From assembly GCA_027492035.1 (NCBI GenBank), contig JAOZFT010000004.1, positions 448,001 through 512,000 on the forward strand: DNA of 64,000 nucleotides, given 5' to 3'. A program made the position numbers and the translations under genes. Source of the DNA: Thermoproteota archaeon. Lineage in GTDB: Archaea > Korarchaeota > JAOZGF01 > JAOZFZ01. Below are positions 48,208-59,911 of the stretch, piece by piece. The first letter of the stretch is position 1; the number at the start of each line of letters is the position of its first letter. The notes below the pieces were generated by a model that had not been told where the DNA came from, searched no databases, and saw only the letters and a list, made by a program, of their open reading frames with translations.

Positions 48208-49452
48208 CTAATACTTTGGGATGGGGTGAACTTTCACAATTTCTCCCTTTTCCAAACCCTCTTTTTTTTCAGGAATAAAAACTATGCCATCTGCTTTCTT
48301 TATTGAGGACAGCAAACTTGCCCCCTTTATTCTTATAGGTTCGGCGTAAATTTTTCCCTTAACATTTTTCAGTTTTACCCTTAACGCGTCCATTCTTCCC
48401 AGTCTTGAAGGGTAGTTGCTAATCATTTCAGCTTCCAGCGCCTCTTCTTTTGCTTTATTACAAGTCATCTTCGAAATTATTGGGATTGCAAAGTAGATAA
48501 AGGCTATTAAGCACGCAGCTGGTGAACCTGGTAAACCTAAAACTACTTTTTTATTTATGACTGCACCTAAGCTAGGTGTTCCGGGCCTTATAGTTACTCC
48601 GTGAAACAGTATTCTACCTAATTCTTCAATAGCTTTGTGAGTATGATCCCTTCTCCCAGCTGACATTCCTCCACTTGTTATTATTAAGTCACACTTTAAG
48701 TTGCTTCTTATCTTCCTCTTTATTTCATTTAAATCGTCCGGGACAACTTCTGCTTTTTCCACTATGCACCCATAGAACTTAGCTAAGTTTGAAAGTAATG
48801 TAGTGTTTGATTCAAAGATTTTCCCAGGTTTCAATCCTCTATCTGGGCTTACTAACTCTGACCCTGTGACTAGAACCGCCACCTTAGGTTTTTTAGAAAC
48901 TTTGATTTTTCCAATTCCAAGCGAGGAAAGCAGGGAAGCTGTTGCAATAGTTACTCTTTCTCCCTTTTCTAAAACAACATCTCCCTTCTTGATATCTTCT
49001 CCTACACGTGAAACATTTCCCCATTTTGAAACAGGCTGAAAAACCTTTATAAAACACCCCTCTTTTTCTACTTCTTCGTATTTTAGGACAGTGTCGATGT
49101 TTTCTGGGAGTGTAGCTCCTGTCATAACTTGAACAGCTTCTCCCCTCTTTATTTTCCCCCTAAAAATTTCTTCAGCATGAATTAAACCCTTTACTCTTAA
49201 TTTAATAGGTGACTGGATAGAAGCATTTTTTATATCCTCAAAACTTACTCCGTAACCGTCCATCATTGCTTTATTTGTATTTGGTTTGTTTATTTGGGAA
49301 ACAATTTTTTGAGAAGATACCCTGCCTACTGAATGAATCACTTCTATTTCTTCAACCTCTAAAGGTTTCACTTCTTTCAAAATCCTCTTTAATGCTTCAG
49401 AGGCTGGGGTTAGGTGTTTAAATCCTTCTCCTTCTAGCTTAGCCATATTCAT
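48208..49452 (-). CDS. moeA: Molybdopterin molybdotransferase MoeA (stand-alone)
   Basis: AMMDGY, MTGA.LP, TGSEL, TSGGMSAG..D, RPG.P, GLPGSP. Confidence 0.9.
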   Translation of the reverse strand: MNMAKLEGEGFKHLTPASEALKRILKEVKPLEVEEIEVIHSVGRVSSQKIVSQINKPNTNKAMMDGYGVSFEDIKNASIQSPIKLRVKGLIHAEEIFRGKIKRGEAVQVMTGATLPENIDTVLKYEEVEKEGCFIKVFQPVSKWGNVSRVGEDIKKGDVVLEKGERVTIATASLLSSLGIGKIKVSKKPKVAVLVTGSELVSPDRGLKPGKIFESNTTLLSNLAKFYGCIVEKAEVVPDDLNEIKRKIRSNLKCDLIITSGGMSAGRRDHTHKAIEELGRILFHGVTIRPGTPSLGAVINKKVVLGLPGSPAACLIAFIYFAIPIISKMTCNKAKEEALEAEMISNYPSRLGRMDALRVKLKNVKGKIYAEPIRIKGASLLSSIKKADGIVFIPEKKEGLEKGEIVKVHPIPKY

Positions 49453-50201
49453 TACCGATTTAATACTATCTTCACGACTTCTTTCAAATTATTAATTACG
49501 AAATCAGGTTTCACCTTCAAGTTAAAACTGAACTGTCCACTCAAGAAACTGGGTGTGGTGTGTTTAAAGTAAACCCCGGTCATTCCAATTCTTTTCGCCC
49601 CATAAATGTCAGTAAATAATGAATCCCCCACCATTACGGCTTCTGTAGGTTTGGTTTCCTTTAAGTTTAGGACGTGTTTAAATATTTTTTCGGCAGGTTT
49701 GTAACTTTTTGCAGAGTCTGAAGTAACTAACTCCTCCTTGCTGAAGTACCGGTTTAAACTCCATTTCTCTACATTGGCTACAAGGGTTTCTTCTAACCCG
49801 TTAGAGACTACTGCCATTCTTAAACCGTTACTTTTAAGCAGATTCAGTGTTTCATAAACTTCAGGGTAAAGTGTGGATTCTTCTTTAAAGATATTTAACG
49901 ATTTAATTACATATTTTTTCACTTCTTTTTCACTAGTTTTTAACCCGTATTTCTTGATTGCTGACAGAAAAGCTTTCATGTTTAAGCTGTAAAAATCTTC
50001 AAATTCATTTTTTTGAACCTTCTCGTTTATTAACCGATTTAATTCAATGTCTACGTGTTTATGAAAATCAATAGCCATGTTTAGGCTATGTTTCTTTCCT
50101 AGAAACTCATTTATAACTTTCTGGTGACATCCCTCGCATTTAAACAATGTCCCAAATGCATCGAACACGACAAGTTTGTATTTTATGTTTCCTTCATTCA
50201 T
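49452..50201 (-). CDS. HAD-superfamily hydrolase
   Basis: FDAFGTL, VSNG, KPA..IF, VGDS..TDI.GA. Confidence 0.9.
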   Translation of the reverse strand: MNEGNIKYKLVVFDAFGTLFKCEGCHQKVINEFLGKKHSLNMAIDFHKHVDIELNRLINEKVQKNEFEDFYSLNMKAFLSAIKKYGLKTSEKEVKKYVIKSLNIFKEESTLYPEVYETLNLLKSNGLRMAVVSNGLEETLVANVEKWSLNRYFSKEELVTSDSAKSYKPAEKIFKHVLNLKETKPTEAVMVGDSLFTDIYGAKRIGMTGVYFKHTTPSFLSGQFSFNLKVKPDFVINNLKEVVKIVLNR

Positions 50202-50248
50202 TCCTGAGTTTCCCCCAATTTTCCTCCAAGCCCTTTTCTTTCTTTAAT

Positions 50249-50860
50249 TTAATTCAATCCCTCCTTATTGAGCAGGTGCGCCTCTCTGTTTTTAATTGTG
50301 AAATGGAAAAGGGTTTTTCTAGTGATGCTTCCACAAACTTCTACAAAATTATTTATAATTGATTCCCCTTTTACTTCCGGGTGGAATTGGACACTGTACT
50401 GGTTCTTCCCTGCAACTTTTAAAGCCTGTATCTTACATTTGTCGCTACTTGCATAATTCTTCAATTTCTTCGGAAGCTTAAAAAGTCCGTAGTCGTGATC
50501 TTCATAAACTGTCATCTCCTTCACTCCACTTGCTAAAGGGTATTCCTCATGAAACTTTATTTTAACTATTCCCCTTTCATGGATTTTCAATATTTTTGCT
50601 CCATAACAGTAACCGAGGATTTTATGTCCTAAACATATTCCCAAAAAAGGTTTCTTCAATTTACTTAGAAAGACTTTGTACCATCTCAAGATTTCATGGT
50701 GGCCCTTTCTCGGTAAAACTCCTCCAGACGCTATTACACAGTCAAAAGCTGAAAAATTCTCCCTAGGTTTCTTTATGTCTATTCCCACCCTTTTCCTCTT
50801 AAGCAATTTAATTAAATCTTCAAGGTACTCGCTTCCATGGTCAAGGATTAAAACTTTCAA
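50249..50860 (-). CDS. Class I glutamine amidotransferase (GMP synthase A-like)
   Basis: ILDHGS, SGG, GICLGH (nucleophile Cys), VQFHPE. Confidence 0.82.
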   Translation of the reverse strand: MKVLILDHGSEYLEDLIKLLKRKRVGIDIKKPRENFSAFDCVIASGGVLPRKGHHEILRWYKVFLSKLKKPFLGICLGHKILGYCYGAKILKIHERGIVKIKFHEEYPLASGVKEMTVYEDHDYGLFKLPKKLKNYASSDKCKIQALKVAGKNQYSVQFHPEVKGESIINNFVEVCGSITRKTLFHFTIKNREAHLLNKEGLN

Positions 50861-51019
50861 TTTTTCATGCTCCCCGTGAACGGCTTCAGCTGTGGAAAAA
50901 TAAATTAAAAAGGTGCAGGTTAAAAGGTAAAGATGGAAAATAGTAAAATAGTAAAAAGTTTTTGTTTTTCTATTTTTGGTTAAGCAGGCTTAAAATTATT
51001 CTTTTTTAAGGGTGGTTTC

Positions 51020-51730
51020 TTGAGTTCCATGGACGAAATAAGGGTGGTTGTTGACCACAGAGAGTCAAGAACACTTGTATCTAAGTACCTAATGGAGCTA
51101 CAGATTAATTTAACGTTTCAATCTTTAACAGTTGCCGATTACGTGGTTTCAAACAAAGTAGCTGTTGAAAGGAAGGAAGTAAATGACTTCATCAACTCCA
51201 TTTTTTCAGGTAGGTTATTTAGTCAATGTCAACGTTTGAGAGAAGCTTACGAGAAACCTATCCTTGTTGTGGAAGGAGACTTGAAAAAGGCCTTGCTTCT
51301 AAGGAACATAAAACTTTCTTCACTCTACGGAACCCTTTCAAGTGTTGTTTTGGACTACGGAATACCTGTTGTGCCTTCACCCACCAGTAAAGCAACAGCT
51401 ATTTTCATTTATAGGTTAGCTTATAGGGAGCAAGTGTTGAGAGATGAAGTTTTAAGGGTTAGGTCTAAACCTAAACTCATAGATTTAGAGAAGAAACAAG
51501 TTTTCTTTCTTTCAGGCCTTCCTAGGGTGGGAAATAAATTGGCTTTAGAACTATTGAAAAGTTTCAGTAACCCCTACAACGCTTTGAAATCAATCGTTGA
51601 AACAAAAATTATTCAATCCTCCTCAGGAAAAACTTTGAAAGTTGAGGGTCCAGTGAACAAAGTCAAGGGGTTTGGTCCTCTTAAAATAAAGGAAATAAAA
51701 AAAGTGTTATTGGGAAGCGATGAAAAATAA
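51020..51730 (+). CDS. xpf: Short XPF/ERCC4 structure-specific endonuclease (nuclease + HhH2, no helicase)
   Basis: VVVDHRE, ADY, VERK...DF.NSI..GRL..Q, LVVEG; HhH motifs LPRVG and VKGFG. Confidence 0.88.
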   Translation: MSSMDEIRVVVDHRESRTLVSKYLMELQINLTFQSLTVADYVVSNKVAVERKEVNDFINSIFSGRLFSQCQRLREAYEKPILVVEGDLKKALLLRNIKLSSLYGTLSSVVLDYGIPVVPSPTSKATAIFIYRLAYREQVLRDEVLRVRSKPKLIDLEKKQVFFLSGLPRVGNKLALELLKSFSNPYNALKSIVETKIIQSSSGKTLKVEGPVNKVKGFGPLKIKEIKKVLLGSDEK

Positions 51731-51830
51731 TCTAGGAAATTTAAAAATTTAAATTTTTAAAGAACATTCAAACATGTAAAAAATGTTTTAAGAATTTTTA
51801 ATTACTATTCACTTCACCTTTCTAGGATTA

Positions 51831-53975
51831 ATGGGGTTTTTGATGAAGAAATTTTTTCGGTTTATGATAATTTGTGGTACAATAACTCTGTTGACTCTAT
51901 CCCTCCTTAATTCAAACTTGGTAAGCAAAGGATTCCCTCAACCTGCTAGTTACCCTACTGGTTCATGGCCTCTAGCTGGATGCGATGCTCAAAATTCCAG
52001 ATTTCAGAAAAGCCCTGGAAGAATCTCAGTCCCTACTGTTTATTTAGACAAATACTTGGGTGAAAAGATTTGCAGTATACCTTTAATTGGGGACGTGGAT
52101 TGCGACGGCGACCCTGAAATACTTATAACTACATTAAATGGCAGCCTGTTTGTGGTTGATGGTGAATGCAAAGACATAAAATGGAGTGTGTCCTTCAGTT
52201 CTCCTATTTACTCAAGCCCAGCATTCGGGAAATTATTCTCTGGAAATGGTTTCGGAATAGTTGTAACTTTATACTCGGGTGAAATATACTGTTTATCAAG
52301 CTCAGGGGAAACTGTTTGGAAGTATTCAACACACTCATTAATTAAGGCGTCACCGGTTTTAGCTGATATAAACAATGATTACTGGCCTGAAGTCATAGTT
52401 GGTGGAGAAGACGGGGTCCTTTACATTCTATCTCATTCAGGGACCTTAATTAAGGAAATGCATTTAAACCACTCCATCGAAACCCGGGTGGTTGTTGGGG
52501 ATGTTGACATGGACGGTGGACTTGACACCATTTTTGTTACTCTAAAAAATTACGCAGTTTATAGTGTAGACAGCCAAAATTTTTCCATCAACTGGAAAAC
52601 CTATTTCAACGTAATTGAGAAGCCGCCTTTCTTTGGTGACGTGAACACTTCAAACCCGGGGATGGAATTGCTTGTTTCAGCTGGGCCTTTGACCATTTTA
52701 AATGCAAGCAATGGAGTTAAGCTTTGGAGAAGCAGCATAGCTTGGAGTGAATTAGTTTCTCCATCTCTTTCTAACCTTGACAGGTTTTATCCTTTAGAAA
52801 TTATTTCAGTAGATTCTTCAAGTATTTTCTGTTTAAAAAGCACAGATGGCGGGTTAAACTGGATATTCAGTGGCCTCAGCCCCTTCTCTAACGAGTTCTC
52901 AACTGTAGATATAGATGGCGACGGCTATTTAGAAATAGTTGCTGTAACTGTCAATGGAGAAGTTTGCAGTATTAACTGTACAGGCAAAGCTGACTGGGTT
53001 TATAATTCTTCACGGGAAGTAAGTGGTGGGTTATCGGTCGGAGACGTAAATGGTGACTCTCTTTCTGAAATTGTTTTCGGAACATTGGATGGTCACTTAA
53101 TTGTTCTCACTGGAGCTAAGGGATGGGTTACCCCCGCTCCAGACCTGGCAGTTTCGCAAGTTGAATGCCCAGATGTCTTCTTAGTAGGGGAAAAGGCAAC
53201 TTTTCAGGTCACTGTTTCTAATCTTGGATCAAAGGATGCTTATAACTTCAATGTTTCTCTTTTCCAGAACGGAAATGAAGTATCGTTTCAAAAAATTAAT
53301 CACTTACCCAGCGGCTCCTTTAAAGACATCACTTTATCCTGGGTCCCTAACTCCACTGAACAAGTTTCTTTAAGAATAGTTACTGACCCGGAAAACGTAG
53401 TTATCGAACGTTTCAAATGGAATAATGAATGGGTTCTAACTGTTACACCGGAAGAATTAACTCTTTCCCTTTTAAAGAAAATCAAACATTTCGTTGTGAT
53501 CGTCAATTTTAATTCTTCTGATCTTGATTCTTCAAGCTATCTCTACCCCACTTTAACTACAGAGTTAAAGGATGCAACCTATAATAACTTTAAGGAGTCC
53601 CTTAATGTTTTCTTTGTGGGAGGCCCTCTCTCAAACCCCTTAATTAATAAATATAACCTGTTAAAGGGGTTTAAATTTGAATTCTTTAAGGAGAAAATTG
53701 TTTTCTTAACTAAGAAAAGCAAGGTGGAACTGAATAGAAGCCTCTTTAAAAGTGAGGATTACGGCGTTATTTCTGTCTGTTTTGACAGAAACAAACTCAT
53801 AGTGTTAATTGAAGGTATAACAAGGTATGGTACTGCAGCTGCTTGTAAATACCTTATGGAGAACTTCAATTCTCTGCCAGACTCCCAAACCATAATTTTG
53901 AAATGGATTGATGTTGACAGCAGCAGAAGCGTTACACCAACTGATTCAATTGAGGTCTACAAAACAGAAAAATGA
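51831..53975 (+). CDS. Secreted surface protein: FG-GAP/PQQ-like beta-propeller + CARDB + S-layer-like C-terminal domain
   Basis: Signal peptide; repeated DxDxDG..E blades (GDVDCDGDPEI, VDIDGDGYLEI, GDVNGDSLSEI); PDLAV...VSNLG...E...NNE (CARDB); VGGPLSNP...G.TRYGT.AA; many N-x-S/T sequons. Confidence 0.78.
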   Translation: MGFLMKKFFRFMIICGTITLLTLSLLNSNLVSKGFPQPASYPTGSWPLAGCDAQNSRFQKSPGRISVPTVYLDKYLGEKICSIPLIGDVDCDGDPEILITTLNGSLFVVDGECKDIKWSVSFSSPIYSSPAFGKLFSGNGFGIVVTLYSGEIYCLSSSGETVWKYSTHSLIKASPVLADINNDYWPEVIVGGEDGVLYILSHSGTLIKEMHLNHSIETRVVVGDVDMDGGLDTIFVTLKNYAVYSVDSQNFSINWKTYFNVIEKPPFFGDVNTSNPGMELLVSAGPLTILNASNGVKLWRSSIAWSELVSPSLSNLDRFYPLEIISVDSSSIFCLKSTDGGLNWIFSGLSPFSNEFSTVDIDGDGYLEIVAVTVNGEVCSINCTGKADWVYNSSREVSGGLSVGDVNGDSLSEIVFGTLDGHLIVLTGAKGWVTPAPDLAVSQVECPDVFLVGEKATFQVTVSNLGSKDAYNFNVSLFQNGNEVSFQKINHLPSGSFKDITLSWVPNSTEQVSLRIVTDPENVVIERFKWNNEWVLTVTPEELTLSLLKKIKHFVVIVNFNSSDLDSSSYLYPTLTTELKDATYNNFKESLNVFFVGGPLSNPLINKYNLLKGFKFEFFKEKIVFLTKKSKVELNRSLFKSEDYGVISVCFDRNKLIVLIEGITRYGTAAACKYLMENFNSLPDSQTIILKWIDVDSSRSVTPTDSIEVYKTEK

Positions 53976-54048
53976 ATTCTTTACTTTTATATTAAACATA
54001 ACCCTAAAACGTTAAATTTTTGAAGAGTTAAAAGAGAAATCATTTATT

Positions 54049-54111
54049 TAGAGATGATTAAACCGACCTGCACTGAGTTCTGCTATGATGCTATGCACCA
54101 CCACTGATCTA
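54049..54111 (+). ncRNA. Box C/D 2'-O-methylation guide sRNA, dual guide (predicted SSU rRNA helix 34 targets)
   Basis: C box ATGATTA 54054-60, 12-nt guide, D' CTGA 54073-76, C' ATGATGC 54085-91, 12-nt guide, D CTGA 54104-07; terminal TAGA/TCTA stem followed by a T-run; intergenic. Confidence 0.85.
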
Positions 54112-54114
54112 TTT

Positions 54115-56310
<2,196 letters not shown>

Positions 56311-56464
56311 TTATCCCTTAAACATAACAAATTAAGTTAGGGCTTCATTAAGACCTGAATTTCCTCTCTCCCCCATTTTCAAGCTTAATGATATCTTTCA
56401 ATTGTTTGCTTAAAAAACTTTCCCCAAAAACTTGAAACCCCTTTTTCTAAAAAACTATTCTCCC

Positions 56465-58369
56465 TCACATTTTTTCAGGTGCTGGAATGCCTAATAAGTT
56501 AAGTCCATTCTCCAAAACCTGCTTAACTCCCTTAACCAACTCTAACCTGAATCTTTTATTTCCCCCCTTTTCAGCTTTTAAAACAGGTATATTTTGGTAA
56601 AACTTGTTGAAGGTAAGAGAAAGTTCTGTTAAGAATTGACAAATCACTTGGGGTGAAAGGGTTTCTCCGGCTTTTTTAACTATGGAGGGGAACTCATAAA
56701 GCTTCTTCAAAACCTCCTTTTCCATATCCTTCAACTCTTCAAATTCATTTGACTCCTCTATTTCTTGTTCCTTTGCTTTTTCAATTATCCTATTAGCTCT
56801 GGCGTAGGTGTACTGGATGTAAGGGCCTGTGTTTTCTTTTAACTCCAGTGCTTTCTTAATATCAAAGACAACCCATTTCTCCCTTGAGGTTTTAAGCAGC
56901 TCAAACTTTAAAGCACCTACAGCCACTTCCTCAGCTTTTTCTTCAACCCATTCATCAGGTTCATCTCTATTCCTCCTCCTTGTTTCAATTCTTGTTAATT
57001 TTTTAAGTTCATCTAACACATCGTCAGCGTTCACAACTAGCCCCTTTCTGCCAGACATTTTCACAGCTTTCTTTAAATCTTTCCTCTCCTTCTGTTCGTT
57101 CTCCAACAGTTCTTCAACTGTTTCTCGGCTTAAAGTTAACAAGCCGTAACTGTAATGTAAGTACTTTTTTTTACACCCTATCAAATTAAGAGATGTTTTC
57201 ACCACTCTCTGCGCATGTTTCTGTTCAGAACCTATAACTGCGATAGTGTAGTCAGCATCGCTCCATAGATATTTACCTGTTTCTCTAGGTACGGTAGTGA
57301 ATAACGAAACCTTGTTTGGTTGTAAACAAAATTCTTTAATGAAAAATTTATGCTTCTCCCTTAAGCAGTTAAGTTTCCACATTGCAAAGGCTATATCTTT
57401 AGCCACATACACTGATGTTCCATCGCTCCTAACCAAAACTTCTTCTGCATCCTTTTGCTTGGAAAAGAAGGGGTCTTTTGACAAATCAAGAATCCAGCAC
57501 CCCTTTTTCTCACCTTCATTTTTTTTAATTATTTTACCCGTTTCTTTTAATTCATTAAAAGCTTTCTCCCATAAACCAGACTTTAAAATATCTGTCTCCC
57601 ATATTAAATAATTAAAGTATACCTTTATCCTCCAGCAGGTTTCAAGTTGGGATTTAACAACTTTTTCAGCTAATTCTCTAGCAAATTTCGAATAAGTATT
57701 GTTTCCCTCCTCAATTTTAGCAATTATTTCCCTAAGTTTCTTCTCAAATTCAGGTTTCTCTTCCACTATCTTAAAAACTTGGGAATAAACTTTTCCGCAA
57801 TAATGGTCAAATTTCTCTTTCTTTTTCGACTGCAGAGGAAAACCTAGTTCTGTGTGGGCGAGGACGTTGTAAGCCATTTGGACGCCGCTATCATCAATGT
57901 AGTTAACAACCGTTACATTGTAACCTGTAAATTTCATTATCCTTGCTAAGGCATCTCCCAAACAAGTGTTTCTAAGTATTCCTACATGTAAAGGTTTATT
58001 AGGGTTGGCGCTTGTATGTTCAAGTAAAACTTTCTCTCCCTTACCTAAATTAACCTCGCCATACCTCCCTTTCTTACTGGAAATTTCACTAAAAACAAAT
58101 TTAGAAACTTCTCTCCAGTTAAGAAAGAAATTTAAGTAGCCATTTACCGCCTCCACTTTCTGAATAATTTTTGAAGGCTTGATTTTTTCTGCTAGTTCTT
58201 CAGCTATTCCTCTAGGATCTTTTTTTTCTCTTTTTGCTACTTGAAAAGCTATTGTGGAGGTGTAGTCTCCATGCTGCGGAGAGTCAGGTTTTCTCACAGT
58301 TTTTTCGATATCTTCTCGGGGATAAAACCGGGAAAGTACTTCAACAATTTCTTTCTTAAGGTCCATCAT
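56465..58369 (-). CDS. argS: Arginine--tRNA ligase
   Basis: EHTSANPNKPLHVG.LRN, RSDGT..Y..KDIA, MSGRKG, GPYIQY.YAR. Confidence 0.96.
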   Translation of the reverse strand: MMDLKKEIVEVLSRFYPREDIEKTVRKPDSPQHGDYTSTIAFQVAKREKKDPRGIAEELAEKIKPSKIIQKVEAVNGYLNFFLNWREVSKFVFSEISSKKGRYGEVNLGKGEKVLLEHTSANPNKPLHVGILRNTCLGDALARIMKFTGYNVTVVNYIDDSGVQMAYNVLAHTELGFPLQSKKKEKFDHYCGKVYSQVFKIVEEKPEFEKKLREIIAKIEEGNNTYSKFARELAEKVVKSQLETCWRIKVYFNYLIWETDILKSGLWEKAFNELKETGKIIKKNEGEKKGCWILDLSKDPFFSKQKDAEEVLVRSDGTSVYVAKDIAFAMWKLNCLREKHKFFIKEFCLQPNKVSLFTTVPRETGKYLWSDADYTIAVIGSEQKHAQRVVKTSLNLIGCKKKYLHYSYGLLTLSRETVEELLENEQKERKDLKKAVKMSGRKGLVVNADDVLDELKKLTRIETRRRNRDEPDEWVEEKAEEVAVGALKFELLKTSREKWVVFDIKKALELKENTGPYIQYTYARANRIIEKAKEQEIEESNEFEELKDMEKEVLKKLYEFPSIVKKAGETLSPQVICQFLTELSLTFNKFYQNIPVLKAEKGGNKRFRLELVKGVKQVLENGLNLLGIPAPEKM

Positions 58370-58589
58370 AGTCCTTCCCTTACCTTGAAAGATTTAGGTA
58401 GAGATACTGGAAACCATCTTAAATTGGAAAGGTTTCTAAATCTTTTTCCTCCTACATTCTTTCATTTACCGAAAAAAGGAGTGAATTATATAAGTGTTAA
58501 AATAAAAATTTTTTAAACCTTTTAAATTTAAGCTCCCCTCTAAAGTCAAAATAGATTTTGAAGAGTAAAGGGAAGGTGGATTTTTAAAG

Positions 58590-59894
58590 ATGTTTAACCA
58601 AAAAATCCTTTTGTTAATATGCGACGGGATGGCTGACAGGCCTTTAAGGGCATTCAATAATAGAACTCCATTGGAAAAAGCTGAATCGCCTAACCTCGAC
58701 TTTCTTGCAAAGAAAGGAGTTACAGGGTTAATGGATCCTATTTCTCCAGGTGTCTCCCCTCCCAGCGACTCATCTCACCTCTTCATTTTCGGTTATGAAA
58801 GTAAAGATCATCCTGGAAGAGGTGTAATAGAAGCTTTGGGGGCCTCAATACCTTTAAATAGGGAATCTGTGGCTTTCAGGTGCAACATAGCTACAGTTGA
58901 AAGAAAAAGTAACCAATTAATTGTGAAAGATAGGAGAGCTGGAAGAATAAAAGGGAAAGATGCGGAGGAAGCCGCTAAAATAGTTAATGAAATAGGAGAA
59001 ATCGACGGTGTGAAAGTTAAATTCTTTCATACGTTAGAGCATAGGGGCGTTCTGGTTTTAGAGGGTAACTTGTCAAGTCAAGTGACAGACATGGATCCTC
59101 AAGTCACAAATTTGCCCGTGGCTAAAGCTAAACCCAAAATTGAAGCTGGGAAAGATTTGAAAGCAATTAAAACCGCTGAAGTATTGAACAAATTCGTTTT
59201 AAAAACATTCACTTTGCTTAATGAGGCGTCTTTTAATGTCGAAAGGACAAGTAAAGGGTTGCCTCCTGGAAACATAATTCTACTCAGGGGAGCAGGCAAA
59301 TTGACTTTTGCAAAGAGTTTTAGTGAAAAATGGGGGTTAAAGTCGGCAGCAGTTGCCGGGGCTCCGCTCTACAAAGGGTTAGCTAAATTTGCAGGTATGC
59401 AGCTCCATGAAACACCTGGTGCGACAGGTTTAGTAGATACAGATTACAAGGGAAAAATAAATAAAGCCTTAGATTTACTTGGAGAATATGATTTCGTCTT
59501 TGTCCATATAAAGGCTTCAGATGTGGCAAGCCATAAAAAGGATTGCTTGTTGAAAAAGAAAGTCATTGAAAAAATTGATGAAGCTGTTGAACCGTTGGTT
59601 GAAACAAAGGATGTGTTAAAGATTATAACAGCTGATCATACAACCTCTTCAGAGCTAGGTATCCATACAGGTGAACCTGTCCCTCTACTAATTAATGGTT
59701 TATCTGTCAGAGTGGATAAAGTAGAAAAATTCGGTGAAAGAGAAGCAGCTAATGGTGGATTAAACAGAATTAAGGGACTAGATTTAATGCCTATTTTAAT
59801 AAGTTTATCGAATCGTTCAATTGAGTACGGAGTAAGGGTTACTCCAGAAGAGAAGTTGTTTCTTGACACTAATTATGAACCTCTTAAGCTGTGA
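58590..59894 (+). CDS. apgM: 2,3-bisphosphoglycerate-independent phosphoglycerate mutase (archaeal)
   Basis: DGMADRP, TPLE.A..PNLD, PSD..HL, DRRAGRI, H.KASD.ASH, TADH.T, HTGEPVP. Confidence 0.92.
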   Translation: MFNQKILLLICDGMADRPLRAFNNRTPLEKAESPNLDFLAKKGVTGLMDPISPGVSPPSDSSHLFIFGYESKDHPGRGVIEALGASIPLNRESVAFRCNIATVERKSNQLIVKDRRAGRIKGKDAEEAAKIVNEIGEIDGVKVKFFHTLEHRGVLVLEGNLSSQVTDMDPQVTNLPVAKAKPKIEAGKDLKAIKTAEVLNKFVLKTFTLLNEASFNVERTSKGLPPGNIILLRGAGKLTFAKSFSEKWGLKSAAVAGAPLYKGLAKFAGMQLHETPGATGLVDTDYKGKINKALDLLGEYDFVFVHIKASDVASHKKDCLLKKKVIEKIDEAVEPLVETKDVLKIITADHTTSSELGIHTGEPVPLLINGLSVRVDKVEKFGEREAANGGLNRIKGLDLMPILISLSNRSIEYGVRVTPEEKLFLDTNYEPLKL

Positions 59895-59911
59895 AAAAGG
59901 TTTGAGGGAAA

